Assembly: GCF_009914755.1 (NCBI RefSeq)
Contig: NC_060948.1
Direction: 5' to 3' (one strand)
DNA length: 64,000 bases
Source of the DNA: the human T2T-CHM13v2.0 reference genome, Homo sapiens
Shown here: positions 13,501 to 28,137 of the stretch, piece by piece
How positions within the stretch are numbered: position 1 is the first letter of the stretch
Layout: every line of letters begins with the position of its first letter
Made by a program: the position numbers and the translations under genes
The notes under the pieces: model-generated
Told to the model about the DNA's origin: nothing
Seen by the model: only the letters and a program-made list of their open reading frames with translations
Databases searched by the model: none

Positions 13501-14047
13501 GAATCGAAAGGAAAGGAAGCGAATGGACTGAAATGAAATGGAATGGAATTGAATGGAAATTAATGCAATGGAATAGAATGGAAAGAAATTTCACGGAATG
13601 GAATCAAACTGAATGGAATCAAATCAATGGAATATAATCAAATGGAATGGAAAGGAATTGAATGGAGTAGATTGGATTGGATGGGATTGGAATGAAATGT
13701 ACTGGAAAGGACTCGAATTTCATGAAACGGAATGGAATGAATTAGAACGGAATGGACTCGAATGGAATGGAATATCACGGAATGGCATCAAATTGAATGG
13801 CATCAATTGGAATGGAATCGAATGCAATGGAATGCTATGGAATGGAATGGAATGCATTGGAATGGAATGTCCTCTAATGGAATGGATTCGAGTGGAATGG
13901 AATCGAATATAATGGAGTCTAATGAAATGGAATTGAAAGGAATGGGATCCAATACAATGGAATATACTGGAATGTAATGTAATGAACTCGAATGTAATTG
14001 ACTGGAATGGAATGTACATGAATGGAATGTAATCGAATGGAAAGTAA
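10551..14047 (+). repeat. DYZ1 unit U4 (3497 bp; type A, near copy of U1)
   Basis: Anchor at 10551. Shares U1 markers at offset 10550/10549. Confidence 0.92.
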
Positions 14048-17000
14048 TCCAATGGAATAGAATCTAATGCAATAAAATCGACTCAAGTAGAGTAGAATAT
14101 AATGGAATGGAGTGCAGTGCAATGGAATGGAATGGAATGGAATGCAATGGAATGGAATGGAATGGAATGGAATGGAATGTGATGGAATGGTATGGAATGG
14201 ATAGTAATGGACTGGAGTGAAATGGACTGGAAAGGAATGGACTCAAATTGAAAGGGCTCGAAAGGAATGGAGTCAAATGGAATGGTCTGGAATGGAATGA
14301 ACACGAATGTAATGCAATCCAATAGAATGGAATCGAATGGCATGGAATATAAAGAAATGGAATCGAAGAGAATGGAAACAAATGGAATGGAATTGAATGG
14401 AATGGAATTGAATGGAATGGGAACGAATGGAGTGAAATTGTATGCAGTAGAAGAGAATAGAATGGAATGCAAGCGAAAGGAAAGGAATGGATTGGAATGG
14501 AATGGAATTCATTGGAATGGAAGGGAATGTAGTGTAATGGACAGGCCTGGAATAAAGTGGAATGCTACGGTCTCGAATGGAATAAAAATGTATGGAATGG
14601 AATGCAATGAAACGGAATCGAATGTCATAGAATGTAATGGAATGCAAAAAAATGGAATCCAAAATCATTGACTGGAAAGGCTGGGTGTCGAAAGGAACTG
14701 ACTCCAATGGAATGGAATCGAATGGCATGGAAGTGAATAGAATGGAACTAAATCGAATGGAATGGAATTGATAGGAACGGAATGGAAAGGAATGCAATGA
14801 TTTGGCATGGAATGGAATCGAATGGCATCGAATGGAATGGAATGGAATGCAATGGAATGGAATGTATTAGAATGTAATGAACTTTAATGGAATGTACTCG
14901 AATGGATTCGACTGGAATGGAATGTTCTCGAAGTGAATGGACTCCAATGGAATGGATTCGAAAGGAATGGAATCTAATGGAATGGAATTAAATGGAAATG
15001 AATCAAATTGAATAGAACGGAATTGAATTGAATGGAATCGAATGCAATGGAATCTAAAGAAAAGGAAAGGAAAGGAATGGAATGGATTGGAATGGAATGG
15101 GCTGGAATGGAATGGAATCGAAACGAATGGAATGGAATCGAACTGAAGAGACTGGAATGGAATGCACTGGAATGGAAGGGAATGTAATGGAAGGTTCTCA
15201 AGAAAAATGGAATCGAAAGGAATGGAATTGAATGGAACGGAATAGAGTCGAATGGAATTCAATGGAATGGAATGGACTAGAGTGAAATGGAATCGAACCA
15301 CAAGGAATGGACAGGAATAGAATGGTCTCGAATTGAATGGAATCGTATGGAATGGCATCAAACGGAATGGAATGGACAGCCACGGAATGGAATGCACTCG
15401 AATGCAATGGAGTCGACACTAACGGAGTGGAATAGAATGGACTCGACTGGTACGGACTCCAATGGAATGGAATCGAATGGAAGGGTATCGAACGGAATGG
15501 ACTCGAAGGGAAAAGACTGCAATGGAAAGGTCTCGAATGGAATGGAAATTAATGGAATGGAATGGAATCGAATGAAATGGAGTCAAAAGGAATGGAATCG
15601 AATGGCAAGAAATCGAATGTAATGGAATCGCAAGGAATTGAAGTGAACGGAACGGAATGCAATGGAATCCAAAGGAATGGAATAGAATGGAATGGAATCG
15701 AATGGAAAGGACTCGAATGGAAATCACTCGAATAGAATGCAATTTAATAAAATAGGATCAAATGTAATGGAATGGAATGGAAAGGAATCGAAACGAAAGG
15801 AATGGAGACAGATGGAATGGAATGGAACAGAGAGCAATGGTATAGAATGGAATGGAATCATCTGGAATGGAATTGAATGGAATGGAATAATATGAAATGG
15901 AATGGAATGGAATGGAATGCCCTTGAATTAAATGGACTGGAATGGAATGGACTCGAACAGAGTGGAATGGAAAGTGTTGAAATAGAATGGAATGGACTCG
16001 TTTGGAATGGTCTAGTATGCAATGCAATCGACTGGCAGGGAATCAAAAGGAATGTAATCGAATGGATTGGACTGGAATGCAATGGACTCGAATAGATTGG
16101 AAACGGAAAGCAAAGGAATGGAATGGAATAGTATGGAATGGAATGGAAAGGAATGGAGTGGAATAGACTAGAGTGGAATGGAATGGACTGGAAAGCAATG
16201 GACTGGAATGGAACTTTCTTGAATGGACTGGAATCAAACGGAATGGAATGCAATGCAATCAAATGGCATGGAATAAAATAGAATGAAAGAGAATCAAATG
16301 GAATTGAATCGAATGGAATCGAATGGATTGGAAAGGAATAGAATGGAATGGAACGGAATTGACTCAAATGGAATGGACTAGAATGGAATGGATTCGAATG
16401 GAAGGCAAAGGAATGGAATCTATTGGAATGGACTGTAATGGAATGGAATGGAAGGGATTGGAATGGACTCGAATGGAATGGACTGCAATAGAAAGGATTC
16501 GAATGGAATGAAAAAGAATTGAATGGAATAGAACAGAATGGAATCAAATCGAATGAAATGGAATGGAAGAGAAAGGAATGGAATGAAATGGAATGGAAAG
16601 GATTCGAATGGAATGCAATCGAATGGAATGGAATCGAACGGAATGGAATAAAATGGAAGAAAACTGGCAAGAAATGGAATCGAAATGAATGGAGTGTTAT
16701 GGAACGGACTCAAAAGGAATTGAATGTAATAGAATGGAGTGGAGTGGACTCGAATATAATGGACTGGAATGGAATGAAATCACATGGAATGGGAACGAAT
16801 GGAATGGAATGGAAAGGAATGGAATCGAATGGAAAGGAATCGAATGGAAGGGAATGAAATTGAATCAACAGGAATGGAAGGGAGTAGAATAGACGGTAAT
16901 GGAATGGACTCGAATAGAATGGACACGAATGCTCAAATTGAATGGACTCGAATGGAATGGAAACGAAAGGAATGTCATCGAATGGAATTGAATCGATTGG

Positions 17001-17571
17001 AATGAAATCGCATAGAATGGAGTGGAATCAAATGGAATTGAATCGAAAGGAAAGGAAGCGAATGGACTGAAATGAAATGGAATGGAATTGAATGGAAAGT
17101 AATGCAATGGAATAGAATGGAACGAAATTTCACGGAATGGAATCAAACTGAATGGAATCAAATCAATGGAATATAATCAAATGGAATGGAAAGGAATTGA
17201 ACGGAGTAGATTGGATTGGATGGGATTGGAATGAAATGTACTGGAAAGGACTCGAAATTCATGAAACGGAATGGAATGAACTGGAACGGAATGGAATCGA
17301 ATGGAATGGAATGTCATGTAATGGCATCAAATGGAATGGAATCGAATGCGATGGAATGCTATGGAATGGAATGGAATGCATAGGAATGGAATGTCCTCTA
17401 ATGGAATGTATTCGAGTGGAATGGAATCGAATATAATGCAGTCTAATGAAATGGAATTGAAAGGAATGGGACCGAATACAATGGAATAAACTGGAATGTA
17501 ATGTAATGAACTCGAATGTAATTGACTGGAATGGAATGTACATGAATGGAATGTAATCGCATGGAAAGCAA
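14048..17571 (+). repeat. DYZ1 unit U5 (3524 bp; type B, near copy of U2)
   Basis: Anchor at 14048. Shares U2 markers at offset 10549. Confidence 0.92.
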
Positions 17572-20500
17572 TCCAATGGAATAGAATCTAATGCAATAAA
17601 ATCGACTCAAATAGAGTAGAATGTAATGGAATGGAGTGCAGTGCAATGGAATGGAATGGAATGCAACGGAATGGAATGGAATGGAATGGAATGGGATGGA
17701 ATGGTATGGAATGGATAGTAATGGACTGGAGTGAAATGGACTGGAAAAGAATGGACTCAAATTGAAAGGGCTCGAAAGGAATGGAGTCAAATGGAATGGT
17801 CTGGAATGGAATGAACACGAATGTAATGCAATCCAATAGAATGGAATCGAATGGCATGGAATATAAAGAAATGGAATCGAAGAGAATGGAAACAAATGGA
17901 ATGGAATTGAATGGAATGGAATTGAATGGAATGGGAACGAATGGAGTGAAATTGTATGCAGTAGAAGAGAATAGAATGGAATGCAAGCGAAAGGAAAGGA
18001 ATGGATTGGAATGGAATGGAATTCATTGGAATGGAAGGGAATGTAGTGTAATGGACAGGCCTGGAATAAAGTGGAATGCTACGGTCTCGAATGGAATAAA
18101 AATGTATGGAATGGAATGCAATGAAATGGAATCGAATGTCATAGAATGTAATGGAATGCAAAAAAATGGACTCCAAAATCATTGACTGGAAAGGCTGGGT
18201 GTCGAAAGGAATTGACTCCAATGGAATGGAATCGAATGGCATGGAAGTGAATAGAATGGAACTAAATCGAATGGAATGGAATTGATAGGAACGGAATGGA
18301 AAGGAATGCAATGATTTGGCATGGAATGGAATCGAATGGCATCGAATGGAATGGAATGGAATGCAATGGAATGGAATGTATTAGAATGTAATGAACTTTA
18401 ATGGAATGTACTCGAATGGATTCGACTGGAATGGAATGTTCTCGAAGTGAATGGACTCCAATGGAATGGATTCGAAAGGAATGGAATCTAATGGAATGGA
18501 ATTAAATGGAAATGAATCAAATTGAATAGAACGGAATTGAATTGAATGGAATCGAATGCAATGGAATCTAATGAAAAGGAAAGGAAAGGAATGGAATGGA
18601 TTGGAATGGAATGGGCTGGAATGGAATGGAATCGAAACGAATGGAATGGAATCGAACTGAAGAGACTGGAATGGAATGCACTGGAATGGAAGGGAATGTA
18701 ATGGAAGGTTCTCAAGAAAAATGGAATCGAAAGGAATGGAATTGAATGGAACGGAATAGAGTCGAATGGAATTCAATGGAATGGAATGGACTAGAGTGAA
18801 ATGGAATCGAACCACAAGGAATGGACAGGAATAGAATGGTCTCGAATTGAATGGAATCGTATGGAATGGCATCAAACGGAATGGAATGGACAGCCACGGA
18901 ATGGAATGCACTCGAATGCAATGGAGTCGACACTAACGGAGTGGAATAGAATGGACTCGACTGGTACGGACTCCAATGGAATGGAATCGAATGGAAGGGT
19001 ATTGAACGGAATGGACTCGAAGGGAAAAGACTGCAATGGAAAGGTCTCGAATGGAATGGAAATTAATGGAATGGAATGGAATCGAATGAAATGGAGTCAA
19101 AAGGAATGGAATCGAATGGCAAGAAATCGAATGTAATGGAATCGCAAGGAATTGAAGTGAACGGAACGGAATGCAATGGAATCCAAAGGAATGGAATAGA
19201 ATGGAATGGAATCGAATGGAAAGGACTCGAATGGAAATCACTCGAATAGAATGCAATTTAATAAAATAGGATCAAATGTAATGGAATGGAATGGAAAGGA
19301 ATCGAAACGAAAGGAATGGAGACAGATGGAATGGAATGGAACAGAGAGCAATGGTATAGAATGGAATGGAATCATCTGGAATGGAATTGAATGGAATGGA
19401 ATAATATGAAATGGAATGGAATGGAATGGAATGCCCTTGAATTAAATGGACTGGAATGGAATGGACTCGAACAGAGTGGAATGGAAAGTGTTGAAATAGA
19501 ATGGAATGGACTCGTTTGGAATGGTCTAGTATGCAATGCAATCGACTGGCAGGGAATCAAAAGGAATGTAATCGAATGGATTGGACTGGAATGCAATGGA
19601 CTCGAATAGATTGGAAACGGAAAGCAAAGGAATGGAATGGAATAGTATGGAATGGAATGGAAAGGAATGGAGTGGAATAGACTAGAGTGGAATGGAATGG
19701 ACTGGAAAGCAATGGACTGGAAAGGAACTTTCTTGAATGGACTGGAATCAAACGGAATGGAATGCAATGCAATCAAATGGCATGGAATAAAATAGAATGA
19801 AAGAGAATCAAATGGAATTGAATCGAATGGAATCGAATGGATTGGATAGGAATAGAATGGAATGGAACGGAATTGACTCAAATGGAATGGACTAGAATGG
19901 AATGGATTCGAATGGAAGGCAAATGAATGGAATCTATTGGAATGGACTGTAATGGAATGGAATGGAAGGGATTGGAATGGACTCGAATGGAATGGACTGC
20001 AATAGAAAGGATTCGAATGGAATGAAAAAGAATTGAATGGAATAGAACAGAATGGAATCAAATCGAATGAAATGGAATGGAAGAGAAAGGAATGGAATGA
20101 AATGGAATGGAAAGGATTCGAATGGAATGCAATCGAATGGAATGGAATCGAACGGAATGGAATAAAATGGAAGAAAACTGGCAAGAAATGGAATCGAAAT
20201 GAATGGAGTGTTATGGAACGGACTCAAAAGGAATTGAATGTAATAGAATGGAGTGGAGTGGACTCGAATATAATGGACTGGAATGGAATGAAATCACATG
20301 GAATGGGAACGAATGGAATGGAATGGAAAGGAATGGAATCGAATGGAAAGGAATCGAATGGAAGGGAATGAAATTGAATCAACAGGAATGGAAGGGAGTA
20401 GAATAGACGGTAATGGAATGGACTCGAATAGAATGGACACGAATGCTCAAATTGAATGGACTCGAATGGAATGGAAACGAAAGGAATGTCATCGAATGGA

Positions 20501-21085
20501 ATTGAATCGATTGGAATGAAATCGCATAGAATGGAGTGGAATCAAATGGAATTGAATCGAAAGGAAAGGAAGCGAATGGACTGAAATGAAATGGAATGGA
20601 ATTGAATGGAAAGTAATGCAATGGAATAGAATGGAACGAAATTTCACGGAATGGAATCAAACTGAATGGAATCAAATCAATGGAATCAAATCAAATGGAA
20701 TGGAAAGGAATTGAATGGAGTAGATTGGATTGGATGGGATTGGAATGAAATGTACTGGAAAGGACTCGAAATTCATGAAACGGAATGGAATGAACTGGAA
20801 CGGAATGGAATCGAATGGAATGGAATGTCATGGAATGGCATCAAATGGAATGGAATCGAATGCGATGGAATGCTATGGAATGGAATGGAATGCATAGGAA
20901 TGGAATGTCCTCTAATGGAATGTATTCGAGTGGAATGGAATCGAATATAATGGAGTCTAATGAAATGGAATTGAAAGGAATGGGACCGAATACAATGGAA
21001 TAAACTGGAATGTAATGTAATGAACTCGAATGTAATTGACTGGAATGGAATGTACATGAATGGAATGTAATCGAATGGAAAGCAA
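17572..21085 (+). repeat. DYZ1 unit U6 (3514 bp; C/B hybrid)
   Basis: Anchor at 17572. C-type markers up to ~18175, B-type markers from ~18240. Confidence 0.9.
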
Positions 21086-24000
21086 TCCAATGGAATAGAA
21101 TCTAATGCAATAAAATCGACTCAAATAGAGTAGAATGTAATGGAATGGAGTGCAGTGCAATGGAATGGAATGGAATGCAACGGAATGGAATGGAATGGAA
21201 TGGAATGGGATGGAATGGTATGGAATGGATAGTAATGGACTGGAGTGAAATGGACTGGAAAAGAATGGACTCAAATTGAAAGGGCTCGAAAGGAATGGAG
21301 TCAAATGGAATGGTCTGGAATGGAATGAACACGAATGTAATGCAATCCAATAGAATGGAATCGAATGGCATAGAATATAAAGAAATGGAATCGAAGAGAA
21401 TGGAAACAAATGGAATGGAATGGAATTGAATGGAATGGGAACGAATGGAGTGAAATTGTATGCAGTAGAAGAGAATAGAATGGAATGCAAGCGAAAGGAA
21501 AGGAATGGATTGGAATGGAATGGAATTCATTGGAATGGAAGGGAATGTAGTGTAATGGACAGGCCTGGAATAAAGTGGAATGCTACGGTCTCGAATGGAA
21601 TAAAAATGTATGGAATGGAATGCAATGAAACGGAATCGAATGTCATAGAATGTAATGGAATGCAAAAAAATGGAATCCAAAATCATTGACTGGAAAGGCT
21701 GGGTGTCGAAAGGAATTGACTCCAATGGAATGGAATCGAATGGAATGGAAGTGAATAGAATCGAACTAAATCGAATGGAATGGAATTGATAGGAACGGAA
21801 TGGAAAGGAATGCAATGATTTGGCATGGAATGGAATCGAAAGGCATCGAATGGAATGGAATGGAATGCAATGGAATGGAATGTATTAGAATGTAATGAAC
21901 ATTAATGGAAAGTACTCGAATGGATTCGACTGGAATGGAATGTTCTGGAAGTGAATGGACTCCAATGGAATGGATTCGAAAGGAATGGAATCGAACGGAA
22001 TGGAATTAAACGGAAATGAATCAAATAGAATAGAACGGAATTGAATTGAATGGAATCGAATGCAATGGAATCTAATGAAACGGAAAGGAATGGAATGGAA
22101 TGGGCTGGAATGGAATGGAATCGAAACGAATGGAATGGAATCGAACTGAAGAGACTGGAATGGAATGCACTGGAATGGAAGGGAATGTAATGGAAGGTTC
22201 TCGAAAAAAATGGAATCGAAAGGAATGGAATTGAATGGAACGGAATAGAGTCGAATGGAATTCAATGGAATGGAATGGACTAGAGTGAAATGGAATCGAA
22301 CCACAAGGAATGGACAGGAATAGAATGGTCTCGAATTGAATGGAATCGTATGGAATGGCATCAAACGGAATGGAATGGACGGCCACGGAATGGAATGCAC
22401 TCGAATGCAATGGAGTCGAAACTAATGGACTGGAATAGAATGGACTCGACTGGTACGGACTCCAATGGAATGGAATCGAATGGAAGGGAATCGAACGGAA
22501 TGGACTCGAAGGGAAAAGACTGCAATGGAAAGGTCTCGAATGGAATGGAAATTAATGGAATGGAATGGAATCGAATGAAATGGAGTCAAAAGGAATGGAA
22601 TCGAATGGCAAGAAATCGAATGTAATGGAATCGCAAGGAATTGATGTGAACGGAACGGAATGGAATGGAATCCAAAGGAATGGAATAGAATGGAATGGAA
22701 TCGAATGGAAAGGACTCGAATGGAAATCACTCGAATAGAATGCAATTTAATAAAATAGGATCAAATGTAATGGAATGGAATGGAAAGGAATCGAAACGAA
22801 AGGAATGGAGACAGATGGAATGGAATGGAACAGAGAGCAATGGTATAGAATGGAATGGAATCATCTGGAATGGAATTGAATGGAATGGAATAATATGAAA
22901 TGGAATGGAATGGAATGGAATACCCTTGAATTAAATGGACTGGAATGGAATGGACTCGAACAGAGTGGAATGGAAAGTGTTGAAATAGAATGGAATGGAC
23001 TCGTTTGGAATGGTCTAGTATGCAATGCAATCGACTGGCAGGGAATCAAAAGGAATGTAATCGAATGGATTGGACTGGAATGCAATGGACTCGAATAGAT
23101 TGGAAACGGAAAGCAAAGGAATGGAATGGAATAGTATGGAATGGAATGCAAAGGAATGGAGTGGAATAGACTAGAGTGGAATGGAATGGACTCGAAAGCA
23201 ATGGACTGGAATGGAACTTTCTTGAATGGACTGGAATCAAACGGAATGGAATGCAATGCAATCAAATGGCATGGAATAAAATAGAATGAAAGAGAATCAA
23301 ATGGAATTGAATCGAATGGAATCGAATGGATTGGAAAGGAATAGAATGGAATGGAATGGAATTGACTCAAATGGAATGGACTAGAATGGAATGGATTCGA
23401 ATGGAAGGCAAAGGAATGGAATCTATTGGAATGGACTGTAATGGAATGGAATGGAAGGGATTGTAATGGACTCGAATGGAATGGACTGCAGTAGAAAGGA
23501 TTCGAATGGAATGAAAAAGAATTGAATGGAATAGAACAGAATGGAATCAAATCGAATGAAATGGAATGGAATAGAAAGGAATGGAATGAAATGGAATGGA
23601 AAGGATTCGAATGGAATGCAATCGAATGGAATGAAATCGAATGGAATGGAATCGAACGGAATGGAATAAAATGGAAGAAAACTGGCAAGAAATGGAATCG
23701 AAATGAATGGAGTGTTACGGAACGGACTCAAAAGGAATTGAATGTAATAGAATGGAGTGGAGTGGACTCGAATATAATGGACTAGAATGGAATGAAATCA
23801 CATGGAATGGGAACGAATGGAATGGAATGGAAAGGAATGGAATCGAATGGAAAGGAATCGAATGGAAGGGAATGAAATTGAATCAACAGGAATGGAAGGG
23901 AGTAGAATAGACGGTAATGGAATGGACTCGAATAGAATGGACACGAATGCTCAAATTGAATGGACTCGAATGGAATGGCAACGAAAGGAATGTCATCGAA

Positions 24001-24588
24001 TGGAATTGAATGGTTGGAATGAAATCACATAGAATGGAGTGGAATCAAATGGAATTGAATCGAAAGGAAAGGAAGCGAATGGACTGAAATGAAATGGAAT
24101 GGAATTGAATGGAAATTAATGCAATGGAATAGAATGGAACGAAATTTCACGGAATGGAATCAAACTGAATGGAATCAAATCAATGGAATATAATCAAATG
24201 GAATGGAAAGGAATTGAATGGAGTAGATTGGATTGGATGGGATTGGAATGAAATGTACTGGAAAGGACTCGAATTTCATGAAACGGAATGGAATGAATTA
24301 GAACGGAATGGACTCGAATGGAATGGAATGTCATGGAATGGCATCAAATGGAATGGAATCGAATGCAATGGAATGCTTTGGAATGGAATGGAATGCATTG
24401 GAATGGAATGTCCTCTAATGGAATGTATTCGAGTGGAATGGAATCGAATATAATGGAGTCTAATGAAATGGAATTGAAAGGAATGGGACCGAATACAATG
24501 GAATATACTGGAATGTAATGTAATGAACTCGAATGTAATTGACTGGAATGGAATGTACATGAATGGAATGTAATCGAATGGAAAGCAA
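21086..24588 (+). repeat. DYZ1 unit U7 (3503 bp; type C, near copy of U3 to ~24020)
   Basis: Anchor at 21086. U3 markers at offset 14053, including GGCC 22381-22384. Confidence 0.9.
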
Positions 24589-27500
24589 TCCAATGGAATA
24601 GAATCTAATGCAATAAAATCGACTCAAATAGAGTAGAATGTAATGGAATGGAGTGCAGTGCAATGGAATGGAATGGAATGGAATGCAATGGAATGGAATG
24701 GAATGGAATGGGATGGAATGGTATGGAATGGATAGTAATGGACTGGAGTGAAATGGACTGGAAAAGAATGGACTCAAATTGAAAGGGCTCGAAAGGAATG
24801 GAGTCAAATGGAATGGTCTGGAATGGAATGAACACGAATGTAATGCAATCCAATAGAATGGAATCGAATGGCATGGAATATAAAGAAATGGAATCGAAGA
24901 GAATGGAAACAAATGGAATGGAATTGAATGGAATGGAATTGAATGGAATGGGAACGAATGGAGTGAAATTGTATGCAGTAGAAGAGAATAGAATGGAATG
25001 CAAGCGAAAGGAAAGGAATGGATTGGAATGGAATGGAATTCATTGGAATGGAAGGGAATGTAGTGTAATGGACAGGCCTGGAATAAAGTGGAATGCTACG
25101 GTCTCGAATGGAATAAAAATGTATGGAACGGAATGCAATGAAACGGAATCGAATGTCATAGAATGTAATGGAATGCAAAAAAATGGACTCCAAAATCATT
25201 GACTGGAAAGGCTGGGTGTCGAAAGGAATTGACTCCAATGGAATGGAATCGAATGGAATGGAAGTGAATAGAATCGAACTAAATCGAATGGAATGGAATT
25301 GATAGGAACGGAATGGAAAGGAATGCAATGATTTGGCATGGAATGGAATCGAATGGCATCGAATGGAATGGAATGGAATGCAATGGAATGGAATGTATTA
25401 GAATGTAATGAACTTTAATGGAATGTACTCGAATGGATTCGACTGGAATGGAATGTTCTCGAAGTGAATGGACTCCAATGGAATGGATTCGAAAGGAATG
25501 GAATCTAATGGAATGGAATTAAATGGAAATGAATCAAATTGAATAGAACGGAATTGAATTGAATGGAATCGAATGCAATGGAATCTAATGAAACGGAAAG
25601 GAAAGGAATGGAATGGATTGGAATGGAATGGGCTGGAATGGAATGGAATCGAAACGAATGGAATGGAATCGAACTGAAGAGACTGGAATGGAATGCACTG
25701 GAATGGAAGGGAATGTAATGGAAGGTTCTCGAAAAAAATGGAATCGAAAGGAATGGAATTGAATGGAACGGAATAGAGTCGAATGGAATTGAATGGAATG
25801 GAATGGACTAGAGTGAAATGGAATCGAACCACAAGGAATGGACAGGAATAGAATGGTCTCGAATTGAATGGAATCGTATGGAATGGCATCAAACGGAATG
25901 GAATGGACAGCCACGGAATGGAATGGACACCCACGGAATGGAATGCACTCGAATGCAATGGAGTCGACACTAATGGACTGGAATAGAATGGACTCGACTG
26001 GTACGGACTCCAATGGAATGGAATCGAATGGAAGGGAATCGAAAGGAATGGACTCGAAGGGAAAAGACTGCAATGGAAAGGTCTCGAATGGAATGGAAAT
26101 TAATGGAATGGAATGGAATCGAATGAAATGGAGTCAAAAGGAATGGAATCGAATGGCAAGAAATCGAATGTAATGGAATCGCAAGGAATTGATGTGAACG
26201 GAACGGAATGGAATGGAATCCAAAAGAATGGAATAGAATGGAATGGAATCGAATGGAAAGGACTCGAATGGAAATCACTCGAATAGAATGCAATTTAATA
26301 AAATAGGATCAAATGTAATGGAATGGAATGGAAAGGAATCGAAACGAAAGGAATGGAGACAGATGGAATGGAATGGAACAGAGAGCAATGGTATAGAATG
26401 GAATGGAATCATCTGGAATGGAATTGAATGGAATGGAATAATATGAAATGGAATGGAATGGAATGGAATGCCCTTGAATTAAATGGACTGGAATGCAATG
26501 GACTCGAACAGAGTGGAATGGAAAGTGTTGAAATAGAATGGAATGGACTCGTTTGGAATGGTCTAGTATGCAATGCAATCGACTGGCAGGGAATCAAAAG
26601 GAATGTAATCGAATGGATTGGACTGGAATGCAATGGACTCGAATAGATTGGAAGCGGAAAGCAAAGGAATGGAATGGAATAGTATGGAATGGAATGCAAA
26701 GGAATGGAGTGGAATAGACTAGAGTGGAATGGAATGGACTCGAAAGCAATGGACTGGAATGGAACTTTCTTGAATGGACTGGAATCAAACGGAATGGAAT
26801 GCAATGCAATCAAATGGCATGGAATAAAATAGAATGAAAGAGAATCAAATGGAATTGAATCGAATGGAATCGAATGGATTGGAAAGGAATAGAATGGAAT
26901 GGAATGGAATTGACTCAAATGGAATGGACTAGAATGGAATGGATTCGAATGGAAGGCAAAGGAATGGAATCTATTGGAATGGACTGTAATGGAATGGAAT
27001 GGAAGGGATTGGAATGGACTCGAATGGAATGCGCTGCAATAGAAAGGATTCGAATGGAATGAAAAAGAATTGAATGGAATAGAACAGAATGGAATCAAAT
27101 CGAATGAAATGGAATGGAATAGAAAGGAATGCAATGAAATGGAATGGAAAGGATTCCAATGGAATGCAATCGAATGGAATGAAATCGAATGGAATGGAAT
27201 CGAACGGAATGGAATAAAATGGAAGAAAACTGGCAAGAAATGGAGTCGAAATGAATGGAGTGTTATGGAACGGACTCAAAAGGAATTGAATGTAATAGAA
27301 TGGAGTGGAGTGGACTCGAATATAATGGACTGGAGTGGAATGAAATCACATGGAATGGGAACGAATGGAATGGAATGGAAAGGAATGGAATCGAATGGAA
27401 AGGAATCGAATGGAAGGGAATGAAATTGAATCAACAGGAATGGAAGGGAGTAGAATCGACGGTAATGGAATGGACTCGAATAGAATGGACACGAATGCTC

Positions 27501-28137
27501 AAATTGAATGGACTCGAATGGAATGGAAACGAAAGGAATGTCATCGAATGGAATTGAATCGATTGGAATGAAATCACATAGAATGGAGTGGAATCAAATG
27601 GAATTGAATCGAAAGGAAAGGAAGCGAATGGACTGAAATGAAATGGAATGGAATTGAATGGAAATTAATGCAATGGAATAGAATGGAACGAAATTTCACG
27701 GAATGGAATCAAACTGAATGGAATCAAATCAATGGAATATAATCAAATGGAATGGAAAGGAATTGAATGGAGTAGATTGGATTGGATGGGATTGGAATGA
27801 AATGTACTGGAAAGGACTCGAATTTCATGAAACGGAATGGAATGAATTAGAACGGAATGGACTCGAATGGAATGGAATGTCATGGAATGGCATCAAATGG
27901 AATGGAATCGAATGCGATGGAATGCTATGGAATGGAATGGAATGCATTGGAATGGAATGTCCTCTAATGGAATGGATTCGAGTGGAATGGAATCGAATAT
28001 AATGGAGTCTAATGAAATAGAATTGAAAGGAATGGGACCGAATACAATGGAATATACTGGAATGTAATGTAATGAACTCGAATGTAATTGACTGGAATGG
28101 AATGTACATGAATGGAATGTAATCGAATGGAAAGCAA
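24589..28137 (+). repeat. DYZ1 unit U8 (3549 bp)
   Basis: Anchor at 24589. First unit carrying the 20-bp GGACAGCCAC/GGACACCCAC duplication (25905-25944). Confidence 0.92.
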
